Source: an uncultured Alphaproteobacteria bacterium (GTDB lineage: Bacteria; Pseudomonadota; Alphaproteobacteria; Rhodobacterales; Rhodobacteraceae). Taken from it: DNA of 64,000 nt. The DNA lies in assembly GCA_963737485.1 (NCBI GenBank), contig CAVTSR010000014.1:65382-129381 (forward strand), given 5' to 3'. The notes beneath the pieces were generated by a model. That model did not search any database. It was not told the DNA's origin and was given only the letters and a program-made list of their open reading frames with translations. The translations under genes were made by a program, and so were the position numbers. This document shows positions 42,452-51,877 of the stretch, piece by piece (position 1 is the stretch's first letter; each line of letters opens with the position of its first letter).

Positions 42452-43315
42452 TCAGTTTCCGACCCAGAGATCGAGGCGCCCCGGCTCGGCGTCGTCGAGC
42501 AGCTTGCCGTAGTCGCGGACCCCGACCTCGCCGTCGCCCGCGCCGACCACCGGGGTGATCAGCCGCGCGAGCGCATCGGCCGCCGCCACGTCGTCGGCGC
42601 GGTAGTAGCCGACCCGCGAGGTCGCGACCTCGAACGGCAGCAACTCGATCCGCACGTTGGCGATGCCGGCGCCGTTGAGCGCCGCCAGGATCGCCGCCTG
42701 CCGTTCGGCCGGGAAGCCGGGGCCGACCCGCAGCCGGACGACGCTGACCCGCGACAGCGCCGGCGCGCCTGCCGCCGCTTGCGGGGGCTCCGTCCGCGTG
42801 GGGGCGGCAGGTGCCGCCGCGGTGGCAGTGTCGTTCGTCGCTTGCGGCGGGGCCGGCTGCTGCGGCGCCTGCGGCGGGGTCGATTGCTCCGTCGTCTGCA
42901 GCGGGGTTGGCTGCTGCGCCCGGGGCGTTTCGGGCGACGGGCGGAACAGGAACGCGGCGACCACGGCACCGACGGCGATCAGCACCCCGACGGCGACCCA
43001 GGCGATCGAGCGGGTCGTCTGCCGCGAGGCGCGGGGGACGGCGATGCGCTCGGCCTGCTCCGCCAGCGGCGGGCGCGCAAGGACCGCTTCGGGGGTCGTG
43101 GGCGCCGGCGTGGAGCGTTCGGGGGATTTCTGCGACGGCGGCCGCGGGGGTCCGGGCTTGCGGGTCGGCGTGGCTTCGACCGTGGGGCCGCTGCGCCAGG
43201 GGCCGGAAACCGCACCGGCACGGATCCCGTCCTTGCGGCCGGCTATCTGGGCCGTCTTGCCGGGCGGCCGATCGCGCGTCCCGTCCACCTCTCGCACACC
43301 CCTCTGCGCGCCCAT
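42452..43315 (-). CDS. Single-pass membrane protein with Pro-rich linkers and a LytR_C-like C-terminal domain
   Basis: TM IAWVAVGVLIAVGAVVAAFLF, P/Q/T-rich linker, then VRLRVGP...SRVGYYRADDVAAADALA...LDLWVG. Confidence 0.7.
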   Translation of the reverse strand: MGAQRGVREVDGTRDRPPGKTAQIAGRKDGIRAGAVSGPWRSGPTVEATPTRKPGPPRPPSQKSPERSTPAPTTPEAVLARPPLAEQAERIAVPRASRQTTRSIAWVAVGVLIAVGAVVAAFLFRPSPETPRAQQPTPLQTTEQSTPPQAPQQPAPPQATNDTATAAAPAAPTRTEPPQAAAGAPALSRVSVVRLRVGPGFPAERQAAILAALNGAGIANVRIELLPFEVATSRVGYYRADDVAAADALARLITPVVGAGDGEVGVRDYGKLLDDAEPGRLDLWVGN

Positions 43316-43413
43316 GGCCCCTTCGAGGCCGGCGCTCCCCTTGGGGATGATAGAGCAAAGCCTCCCCCGGTCGAAAGCGCTAATTGCCGCAAGCCTTAAG
43401 CGGGCGGAACGGC

Positions 43414-44634
43414 TCAGCCGGCGACCGCCGCGCGGTACCAGTCGATGATCGCTCGGCGCTCGGCGGGCTCGATCTCGGTGACGTTGCCCGGCGGCATCGC
43501 GTGGCTGCGGCCGGCCTGCAGGTAGACCTCGCGGGCGTGCTGGGCGATCGCCTGCGGGTTGTCGAGGACGACGCCCTTCGGGGCGCCGTGGATGCCGGGC
43601 CACGAGGGTTCGGCGGTGTGACACATCGAGCAGCGGCCGAGGACGGCGGTGGAGGCCGCCTCGAAGCCCTGCGCCGAGGCGAAGCGCTGGTCGAGCGCCG
43701 ACATCTGCAGCTCCGGTCGCTCGCTGCCCGGGGCCGACGAGAGCCACATGATGATGACGAAGATGATGGCGGTGGCGGCCCAGGTCCAGTTGAGCTTGCG
43801 GCCGGTCGCATGCATCGTGTTGAAATAGTGGCGGATCGTGACGCCCATCAGGAAGACGAGGCTGGCGATGATCCAGTTGTACTCGGTCGCGAAGGCGAGC
43901 GGGTAGTGGTTGGAGAGCATCAGGAAGAGGACGGGCAGCGTCAGGTAGTTGTTGTGGGTCGAGCGGAGCTTGGCGATCTTGCCGTACTTCGGGTCGGGGG
44001 TGCGGCCGGCCTTGAGGTCGGCGACGACGATCTCCTGGTTGGGGATGATCACGAGGAAGACGTTGGCCGACATGATCGTGGCGGTGAAGGCGCCGAGGTG
44101 GAGGAGCGCGGCGCGGCCGGTGAAGACGTGGGTGTAGCCCCAGGCCATGGCGACGAGGATCAGGAAGAGGATCACCATCAGCGTGGTCGGGTTCGCGGCG
44201 AGGCGCGACTTGCAGAGGTTGTCGTAGAGGATCCAGCCGACCGAGAGCGAGGCGAGCGAGATCAGGATCGCGAGCCAGGCCGGCATCGGCATCACCGCCT
44301 GGTCGACGAGGAAGAGGTTGGCGCCGGCGTAGTAGACGATGCAGAGCATCGCGAAGCCCGAGAGCCAGGTGGCGTAGGACTCCCACTTGAACCAGACGAG
44401 GTGGTCGGGCATCCGCTCGGGGGCGACCAGGTATTTCTGGATGTGGTAGAAGCCGCCGCCGTGCACCTGCCACTCCTCGCCGCTGGCGCCGGGCGGCAGG
44501 TGCGGGACCTTCTTCAGCCCGAGGTCGAGGGCGATGAAGTAGAAGGACGAGCCGATCCAGGCGATGCCGACGATGACGTGCAGCCAGCGCACGGCGAAGG
44601 CGAGCCAGTCCCAGATGATGGCGTATTCGTACAT
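43414..44634 (-). CDS. puuD: Urate hydroxylase PuuD (membrane protein with C-terminal cytochrome c)
   Basis: RWLHVIVGIAWIGSSFYF, EEWQVHGGGFY, RSTHNNYLTLP, CSMCH, HAMPPGN. Confidence 0.93.
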   Translation of the reverse strand: MYEYAIIWDWLAFAVRWLHVIVGIAWIGSSFYFIALDLGLKKVPHLPPGASGEEWQVHGGGFYHIQKYLVAPERMPDHLVWFKWESYATWLSGFAMLCIVYYAGANLFLVDQAVMPMPAWLAILISLASLSVGWILYDNLCKSRLAANPTTLMVILFLILVAMAWGYTHVFTGRAALLHLGAFTATIMSANVFLVIIPNQEIVVADLKAGRTPDPKYGKIAKLRSTHNNYLTLPVLFLMLSNHYPLAFATEYNWIIASLVFLMGVTIRHYFNTMHATGRKLNWTWAATAIIFVIIMWLSSAPGSERPELQMSALDQRFASAQGFEAASTAVLGRCSMCHTAEPSWPGIHGAPKGVVLDNPQAIAQHAREVYLQAGRSHAMPPGNVTEIEPAERRAIIDWYRAAVAG

Positions 44635-44686
44635 GACGCGCGGCCCCCAGTGCTGTCCGGATCAGGGCAGCGTGGCAGAAAAAGCG

Positions 44687-44705
44687 TTGCAGGCAAACGC
44701 TGCAA
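44687..44705. promoter_or_regulatory. Candidate operator TTGCAG-N7-CTGCAA between puuD and lysR
   Basis: Perfect 6-bp inverted repeat in the divergent intergenic region. Confidence 0.45.
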
Positions 44706-44753
44706 ATGACCGAGCACTTTCTGCGATCGCCTGAAAATGCTAGCGTGCGCGCC

Positions 44754-45693
44754 ATGTCCTACGTCGCGAACCTCAAGACGTTCGTCCGGGTGTTCGAGCT
44801 CGGCTCGATGTCGGCGGCGGCGCGCGACCAGCGGGTGTCGGCGGCGGTGGCCTCGGCGCGGATCGCGGAGCTCGAGCGGTCGCTCGGGCGTGCGGCTCTT
44901 CAACCGCACGACGCGGTCGCTGCAGCCGACCGAGCAGGGGTCGATCTTCTACAAGGGGGCGCAGAAGATCCTCGAGACGATCGAGGAGGCGGAGGCGGCG
45001 GTGGCCGACGTCTCGAAGAAGCCGCGCGGGTCGATCCACGTGGCGGCACCGCTCGGGATCGGCAAGCGGCTGATCGCGCCCTTGGTGCCGGCGTTCAAGG
45101 ACCTCTACCCGGAGATCGACGTGCGGCTGCGGCTGTCGGACCGGCGGATCGACGTGACCGGCGAAGGGCTCGACATGGCCTTCGTGCTCGGGCCGCTCGA
45201 GGATTCGAACCTCCGGGTGCGGCCGGTCGCCGACTGCGCGCGGCTGCTCTGCGCGGCGCCGGCGTACCTCGCGGCCCGCGGGGTGCCGCGGGAGGCGGCG
45301 GAGCTGGTCGGCCAGGGGCACGACTGCCTGATGCACCGCTTCCCGGGGGCGCGGGAGTTCGTCTGGACGCTGGTGACCGCCGACGGGCCGCAGCGGTTCG
45401 AGGTGACGGGGACGCTCGAGTCGGACGACGGGGACGTGCTGACCGGCTGGGCGCTCGCCGGGCGGGGGATCGTGCTGAAGCCGGCGTTCGAGGTCGCCGA
45501 GCACCTCGCCTCGGGGGCGCTGGTGCCGGTCTGCGAGGCGACCCCGCCGCTGCCGATCCAGCTCGCCTGCCTCTTCCCGCACAAGCGGCTGCAGGACCCG
45601 AAGAGCCGGCTCTTCATCGACTTCATGGTGGCGGAGGTCCGCAAGGCGGTGGCGGAGGCGCTGGCGCCGCTGGGGGCTTCGGCTGGGGAGTGA
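44754..45693 (+). CDS. LysR-family regulator of the purine cluster (frameshift at about 44890)
   Basis: TFVRVFELGSMSAAAR...LGVRLFNRTTRSL; the C-terminal domain is in ORF 44737-45693. Confidence 0.92.
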
Positions 45694-45928
45694 AGGCGTG
45701 CGGCCGGGGGGCGTGTGTCCGCACTGTCCGCGTGCGGACGGATTGTTAAGTGATTGATTTTTCTCTATTTAAGGTATCGCCGTTAAGGAGATTTGCGCGG
45801 CGCGGGCGCGGACATTCACTAGGCATTTATGGATGCCCGGCGCGCGTGGACGCGGAAAGACTGCCATTTGCCCGTTCGGAGGTGTATATTTGAGCGCCGT
45901 GAACCACCGAGGCGTTGGGGAAGAGCGA

Positions 45929-47670
45929 ATGGGTGCGGCAATTGTAGGCTTTCTCCAACTTCTGTTCTCACCGGAAACAGTTCGAGGTCTTCTCAAAGAC
46001 GTACGCCTGCGGGGATTTATAACCGGGTCTGCTCTCCTAACACTTTTATTGATTTACGTAGTTCACTCCGAGATATTAGACTACGGCTTACGGAACATTG
46101 TCGAGGCCGCCATGAAAAGTACTTTAGGAGCCGCTCTTCTGGTCTTGACGGGCGTATCTTGGCTCTGTTCGTTATTTTTTTTACTAGCAGACTACAGCAA
46201 AGTTGAGCGTGACGCCGTATCCGAGCAGGCAGCATCACCTCGCGAAGCCAACGAAGCGATCGTCACACCGCTGGCGAATAAACAGACTGCACACGTGACC
46301 AGTTGGCAGTATAGGGAAATTAACACGTTATCCGACGGACCCATGACGAAAGTCGACTCCGTGTACGACGCCGAACTACGCCGAACTTTAGTTAGGAAGG
46401 AGCTCAAAGACGCGTCACACGAAGAGGAGTTTATCGACGAAAGTCGGAAGGCCACGACCCTCTCTGATCTGCCATACTACGTGCAGATCTACGGGGCCAA
46501 CTTCAGGACGGAGGGTATCAAGCCACATGTGATCATGCAGTACATTCCAAACGGAACCTTAAGGGAGTACATCGATAACAATATTGGTCACGATATCGAC
46601 ATAAAGACAATTCGCCGGATCGTCTCGAGAGTCGGCGCCGCAATTATATCTGCGCACGAGCGCGAGTTTTCGGTGGGGAACATAAAACCCTCAAATATTA
46701 TTCTCGACAATGACGATGAGCCGTACCTTTCCCCCAACCTTCATCGTACTTATCTTGAGGTGGGAAGGAGTATTAAGGCAGTGAGGGCGGGAACTGTAAG
46801 CCTGGAAGACTTGGCGTACGCTCCCCCGGAACTTTTTCAGCTTGATCGATCAAGTAATGACCCTCGGCCAAATCCGCAACGAATGGATCAGTATTCGCTC
46901 GGTCTATTGGCCTATCACTTAGCTACTGGTACTCTTCCGGAAACACTTCCCAGAATTTCTACTCGCTCACCGACAGCTCATTGCGCAGATCTGCATGACG
47001 AAGTTCTCAAGCGCGGCTCTTTAGCCTTCCAAGAGTTGCAACCCTTGCACTCGGTGCGAAAGGACGTTCCCAAAATTATAAGTGACATTATTGCAAGAAT
47101 GACTGCGAGACGACCGGGGGATCGGTACGATACAGTCGAAGAGGCGATGCAACGGCTTCGTAAAGCAGAGCGTTGGATTATTGATACAGCTCGTGATAGC
47201 TATGTCAGATGTCTTTCCCGCAAATATCATGAAAGTTTCTTTGCAGCTTTTTATCGGGAATTCACATCTAAACCAAGCATTCATTCGCAATTTGTCTCAC
47301 TTGATCCAAATAGTTGGACAGCCCAGCACGGAAAGCTTCAGCGGGCAATTGAAGCCTCGTTTGACTTTGCCAATGACACCGTTGCTGACAAGAAGTTTTC
47401 GGAACCCAATGCAATGACGGGGTATGCGAGGCATCACGCCGAACTCGCCATCGGCGAGAATGAGTATGCTGATTTTGTGGATGCTCTTGTCAGAACAGTT
47501 GCCGGCGGTTCTGATAGACCCCCATACCAATTTCAGAATGCGTAGAGTATGGCGCCGAGATTGAGTGTGCTTGGCGCAGTCTGATGGGCTTTGTTGTCCA
47601 GTATTTTCTGGAAGTTAGGCAAAAATCTGTGCGCAATGGAAGCGATTCCGGTGGAACGCCATCCTCTTAA
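45929..47670 (+). CDS. Two-TM pseudokinase fused to a C-terminal globin (apparent frameshift in the C5 run at about 47520)
   Basis: Kinase-fold motifs LVRK, FIDES, VIMQYIPNGTL, VGNIKPSNIIL, AYAPPEL, DQYSLGLLAYHLATG. Globin AFYREF..KPSIHSQF, QHGKL, ARHH, EYADFVDAL. The H helix IECAWRSLMGFVVQYFL is in the next frame and ends at TAA 47670. Confidence 0.82.
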
Positions 47671-47683
47671 CCGGAACTCTATC

Positions 47684-48041
47684 TCAACTCCCCCGATACG
47701 TCGAGTAGCTGTACGGCGCCAGCAGCAGCGGGACGTGGTAGTGGGCCTCGGCGTCGGCGATGCCGAAGCGGATGGGGATCTGGTCGAGGAAGTGGGGCTT
47801 CCCGCTGAGGCCGGCGGCCTCGAGGTAGGGGCCGGCGTGGAAGAGGAGCTCCCAGGTGCCGGGCTCGGCTTCGCCCCGGGGGATGACCGGCGCGTCGGTG
47901 CGGCCGTCGGCGTTGGTCACGACCTCGCGGACGCGGCTGCGGCGCTCGCCGTCGATGCGGAAGAGCTCGATGCGCAGCCCGGCCGCCGGGCAGCCGCGGG
48001 CGGCGTCGAGAACGTGGGTCGTCGACGTAGCCTTCGGGCAT
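47684..48041 (-). CDS. uraH: 5-hydroxyisourate hydrolase (frameshift near the N-terminus)
   Basis: MPEGY+[36 protein letters not shown]. Confidence 0.94.
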
Positions 48042-48184
48042 CCTCGCCTCCCCTGATGCGTCGCGCGAGGATCGCGCGGACCGGCGGGCGGCGCCATCCC
48101 CGCGGGGCGAAAAATCCTTCAATCCGATTTTGAAAGCCCGGGGCCGCGGCGGAGGCTAGACTGCCGGGCAAGCGAGGGAGAGAG

Positions 48185-49603
48185 ATGCGCTACATCCGTG
48201 ACATGCAGGGCTACGGCGAGACCCCGCCCGACGCCGACTGGCCCGGCGGGGCGGCGATCGCCGTCCAGTTCGTGCTGAACTACGAGGAGGGCGGCGAGAA
48301 CAACGTCCTGCACGGCGACGCCGCCTCGGAGGCGTTCCTGAGCGAGATCGTCGGGGCGGCGCCCTGGCCGGGGATGCGGCACTGGAACATGGAGTCGATC
48401 TACGAGTACGGGGCGCGGGCCGGGTTCTGGCGGCTCCACCGGATGTTTGTCGGCGCGGGCGTGCCGGTGACGATCTACGGGGTGGCCTCGGCGCTGGCGC
48501 GGTCGCCGGCGCAGGTCGCGGCGATGCGAGGCGCGGGCTGGGAGATCGCGAGCCACGGGCTGAAGTGGGTCGAGTACAAGGACGCGGGCCGCGAGGACGA
48601 GGCGCGCGACATGGCCGAGGCGGTGCGGCTGCATACCGAGGTGACCGGGGAGCGGCCGCTCGGGTGGTACACCGGGCGGTGCTCGGTCAACACCGTCGAC
48701 CTCGCGAGCGAGGAGGGCGGGTTTCTCTATGTGTCGGACACCTATGACGACGATCTGCCGTACTGGCGCGAGCATGCCGGGCGGCAGCAGCTGATCATTC
48801 CCTATACGCTCGACGCCAACGACATGCGGTTCGCGACGCCGCAGGGGTTCAACTCGGGGGAGCAGTTCTTCGGGTACCTCAAGGACTCGTTCGACACGCT
48901 CTATGCCGAGGGGCTGGCGGGGTCGGCGAAGATGATGTCGGTGGGGCTGCACTGCCGGCTGATCGGGCGGCCGGGGCGGGCGGCGGCGCTGAAGCGGTTC
49001 ATCGAATACGCCAAGGGGCACGACCGGGTGTGGTTCCCGCGGCGGGTGGATATCGCGCGGCACTGGGCGGCGCGGCATCCGGCGCCGGCGGTCGGGGGCG
49101 AGCGGGCCTCGGCGATGGGGCGCGAGGCGTTCGTCAAGCGGTTCGGCGGGGTCTACGAGCATTCGCCGTGGGTGGCGGAGCGGGCCTGGGAGCTGGAGCT
49201 CGGGCCGGCGCACGACACGGCGGTCGGGGTGGCCTCGGCGCTGGCGCGGGCGTTCCGCTCGGGGTCGGAGGAAGAGCGGCTGGGGGTGCTGACGGCGCAT
49301 CCCGATCTCGCGGGCAAGCTCGCGGCGGCGAAGCGGCTGACGCCGGAGTCGACGGCGGAGCAGGCGGGGGCGGGGCTCGACGCGCTGACCGATGCGGAGC
49401 GGGCGCGGTTCAGCGCGCTCAACGAGGCGTACCAGGAGAAGTTCGGCTTTCCGTTCATCATCGCGGTGCGGGGGCTGGGCAAGGACGCGATCCTCGCGGA
49501 ATTCGAGCGGCGGATCGGCAACGACCGCGCGACCGAGCTCGCGACGGCGGGGGCGCAGGTGGAGCGGATCGCGCACCTGAGGTTGAAGGACATGCTGCCA
49601 TGA
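48185..49603 (+). CDS. puuE: Allantoinase PuuE fused to OHCU decarboxylase
   Basis: QFVLNYEEGGE, SIYEYGARAG, ASHGLKW, GLHCRLIGRPG, then FGGVYEHSPWVA, HPDLAG, KFGFPFIIAV. Confidence 0.94.
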   Translation: MRYIRDMQGYGETPPDADWPGGAAIAVQFVLNYEEGGENNVLHGDAASEAFLSEIVGAAPWPGMRHWNMESIYEYGARAGFWRLHRMFVGAGVPVTIYGVASALARSPAQVAAMRGAGWEIASHGLKWVEYKDAGREDEARDMAEAVRLHTEVTGERPLGWYTGRCSVNTVDLASEEGGFLYVSDTYDDDLPYWREHAGRQQLIIPYTLDANDMRFATPQGFNSGEQFFGYLKDSFDTLYAEGLAGSAKMMSVGLHCRLIGRPGRAAALKRFIEYAKGHDRVWFPRRVDIARHWAARHPAPAVGGERASAMGREAFVKRFGGVYEHSPWVAERAWELELGPAHDTAVGVASALARAFRSGSEEERLGVLTAHPDLAGKLAAAKRLTPESTAEQAGAGLDALTDAERARFSALNEAYQEKFGFPFIIAVRGLGKDAILAEFERRIGNDRATELATAGAQVERIAHLRLKDMLP

Positions 49604-50457
49604 TGGACGACGTGCCGCAGCGGACGGTGCCGCGCTACTGGGCGCCCTGGGGCGGGCTGCCGGGGCAGCACGAGCTGCTCTCGGGGCGGGCGGTGTTCAC
49701 CGAGGCCTACGCCTTCATCCCGCGCGGGGTGATGACCGATATCGTGACGAGCGCGCTGCCGTTCTGGGAGAAGACCCGGGCCTGGATCATCGCGCGGCCG
49801 ATGTCGGGATTTTCGGAGACCTTCTCGCAGTACATCATGGAGGTGGCGCCGGGCGGCGGCAGCGAGCGGCCGGAGCCCGATGCCGGGGCGGAGGGGTGCA
49901 TCTTCCTGCTGCAGGGCGGGCTGAGCCTGGTGCTGGCGGGCGAGAGCCACGAGCTCGAGCCCGGGGGGTTCGCCTTCATCCCGCCGGGGGTCGCGTGGAG
50001 CGCGCGGAACCGCGGCGAGGAGCCGGCGCGGTTTCACTGGATCAGGAAGGCCTACGAGGCGGTCGAGGGGCTGGGGATGCCCGAGGTGGTGGTGGGCAAC
50101 GAGCGCGACGTGAAGAACACGCCGATGCCCGACACCGACGGGCGGTGGACGACGACGCGGTTCTTCGACCACGACGACATGCGCATGGACATGCATGTGA
50201 CGATCGTGAACCTGCACCCGGGGGCGGAGATCCCGTTCACCGAGACGCACGTGATGGAGCACGGGCTCTACGTGCTGGAGGGCAAAGGCATCTACAAGCT
50301 CAACCGCGACTGGGTCGAGGTCGAGGCGGGCGACTTCATGTGGCTCAGGGCGTTCTGCCCGCAGGGGTGCTATGCCGGGGGGCCGGGGCGGTTCCGGTAC
50401 CTGCTCTACAAGGACGTGAACCGGCATCCGCGGCTGGGGCGGCCGGGGGGATCCTGA
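49600..50457 (+). CDS. allE: (S)-ureidoglycine aminohydrolase (bicupin)
   Basis: FTEAYAFIPRG, FSQYIMEVAPGGGS, ETHVMEHGLYVLEG, RAFCPQ.CYAGG, YLLYKDVNRH. Confidence 0.9.
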   Translation: MMDDVPQRTVPRYWAPWGGLPGQHELLSGRAVFTEAYAFIPRGVMTDIVTSALPFWEKTRAWIIARPMSGFSETFSQYIMEVAPGGGSERPEPDAGAEGCIFLLQGGLSLVLAGESHELEPGGFAFIPPGVAWSARNRGEEPARFHWIRKAYEAVEGLGMPEVVVGNERDVKNTPMPDTDGRWTTTRFFDHDDMRMDMHVTIVNLHPGAEIPFTETHVMEHGLYVLEGKGIYKLNRDWVEVEAGDFMWLRAFCPQGCYAGGPGRFRYLLYKDVNRHPRLGRPGGS

Positions 50458-50542
50458 GGGCGGTTGTGCAGCTTGCACGGGCGGGTCAGGATGCTGGTCC
50501 GGCGGTAAATCGTGTGCTCGGGCAACCCGGTTTCGACGGCGG

Positions 50543-51616
50543 TTGATGGCGGCTACGGGCGGGAAGGCGGTGGGGATGGCCGGGAGGCGGGGACCGATCA
50601 GGACGCTGGTCGTCGGCATCGGCAACATGGGGCGGAGCCATGCGCTCGCCTGTCATCGCGACCCGGACTTCGAGATCGTCGGGCTGGTGAACCGGTCCGC
50701 GCCGGCGCTGCCGCCGGAGCTGCGGCGCTACGAGGTGACGCCGGACTTTCGCGGCGCGCTGGCGCGGCTCGGGCCGGAGCTGGTGGTGATCGCGAGCTAT
50801 TCCGACAGCCACGCGGAGTATGCGATCGCGGCGATGCAGGCGGGGGCGCATGTCTTCGTGGAGAAGCCGCTGGCGACCACGGTCGAGGACGCGGAGCGGG
50901 TGGTCGGGGTCGCGCGGGCGACCGGGCGCAAGCTGGTGGTGGGCTACATCCTGCGGCACCATCCGTCGTGGGTGCGGATGATCGCGGAAGCGCGGGCGCT
51001 CGGCGGTCCCTGGGTGTTCCGGCTCAACCTCAACCAGCAGAGCTCGGGGCCGACGTGGGAGGCGCACAAGGCGCTGATGCGCACGACCTCGCCGATCGTC
51101 GACTGCGGCGTGCACTATGTCGACGTGATGTGCCAGATCACCGACGCGAAGCCGGTCGAGGTGCGCGGGATGGGGGTGCGGCTGAGCGACGAGATCGCGC
51201 CGGAGATGTACAACTACGGGCACTTCCAGGTGCTCTTCGCCGACGGCTCGGTCGGCTGGTACGAGGCGGGCTGGGGGCCGATGATGTCGGACACCGCGTT
51301 CTTCGTGAAGGACGTGATCTCGCCCGGCGGGGCGATCTCGATCCGGATGCCGGAGGGCGCGCGGTCGGACGATCTCGAGACGCATTCGCGGACGGCGACG
51401 ATCCGGCTGCACCGGGTGGGGCGGCCGGACGAGGACCTGTCGATGGCCGACGAGCCCGGGCACCAGGACCTGTGCGACCGGCAGGCGGCCTTCGTCGCGC
51501 GGGCGATCCGGGAGGATCTGGATCTGACCCGGCACATGCAGGATGCGGTCGCTTCGCTCAGGGTGTGCATTGCCGCCGACGAGAGCGTCCGCTCGGGGCT
51601 GCCGGTCGCGCTCTGA
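50543..51616 (+). CDS. Gfo/Idh/MocA oxidoreductase
   Basis: LVVGIGNMGRSH, HVFVEKPLA, DCGVHYVD. Confidence 0.9.
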   Translation: MMAATGGKAVGMAGRRGPIRTLVVGIGNMGRSHALACHRDPDFEIVGLVNRSAPALPPELRRYEVTPDFRGALARLGPELVVIASYSDSHAEYAIAAMQAGAHVFVEKPLATTVEDAERVVGVARATGRKLVVGYILRHHPSWVRMIAEARALGGPWVFRLNLNQQSSGPTWEAHKALMRTTSPIVDCGVHYVDVMCQITDAKPVEVRGMGVRLSDEIAPEMYNYGHFQVLFADGSVGWYEAGWGPMMSDTAFFVKDVISPGGAISIRMPEGARSDDLETHSRTATIRLHRVGRPDEDLSMADEPGHQDLCDRQAAFVARAIREDLDLTRHMQDAVASLRVCIAADESVRSGLPVAL

Positions 51617-51877
51617 TCCCGACGACTTCTCCGGATGACCGCTGGTTCTTTTCGACCGAAGCGGGCTCTGCCCGCGAGTCCCCGCCCCGACGGGGAAACG
51701 CATGCGGTTCCCGGGGGGCGTTCGCCGGAGCCTGCGGAGGCGAAGAGGGGGGCCACCTGCCGCGCAGGGCAATCCGGCCGCGGCCTCGGGGTCGACTTGC
51801 GGCGGCGCGCGTGCGACCGCATGGTCTTCGCCGCCGACCGCTGCCCCTTCGTCGCCCAGACTGGCAAGGAACTCCCG

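Noticed and set aside
39840-43358. A single 1172-aa coiled-coil-TAXI fusion as given by the ORF track
   Set aside because: It arises from the frameshift at about 41170. The TAXI part has its own ATG and signal peptide at 40910, the coiled coil has its own terminus in another frame, and the first 300 aa overlap a real gene in a different frame.
48185-49603. PuuE-OHCU decarboxylase fusion as a novelty
   Set aside because: This fusion is familiar in alphaproteobacterial purine clusters.
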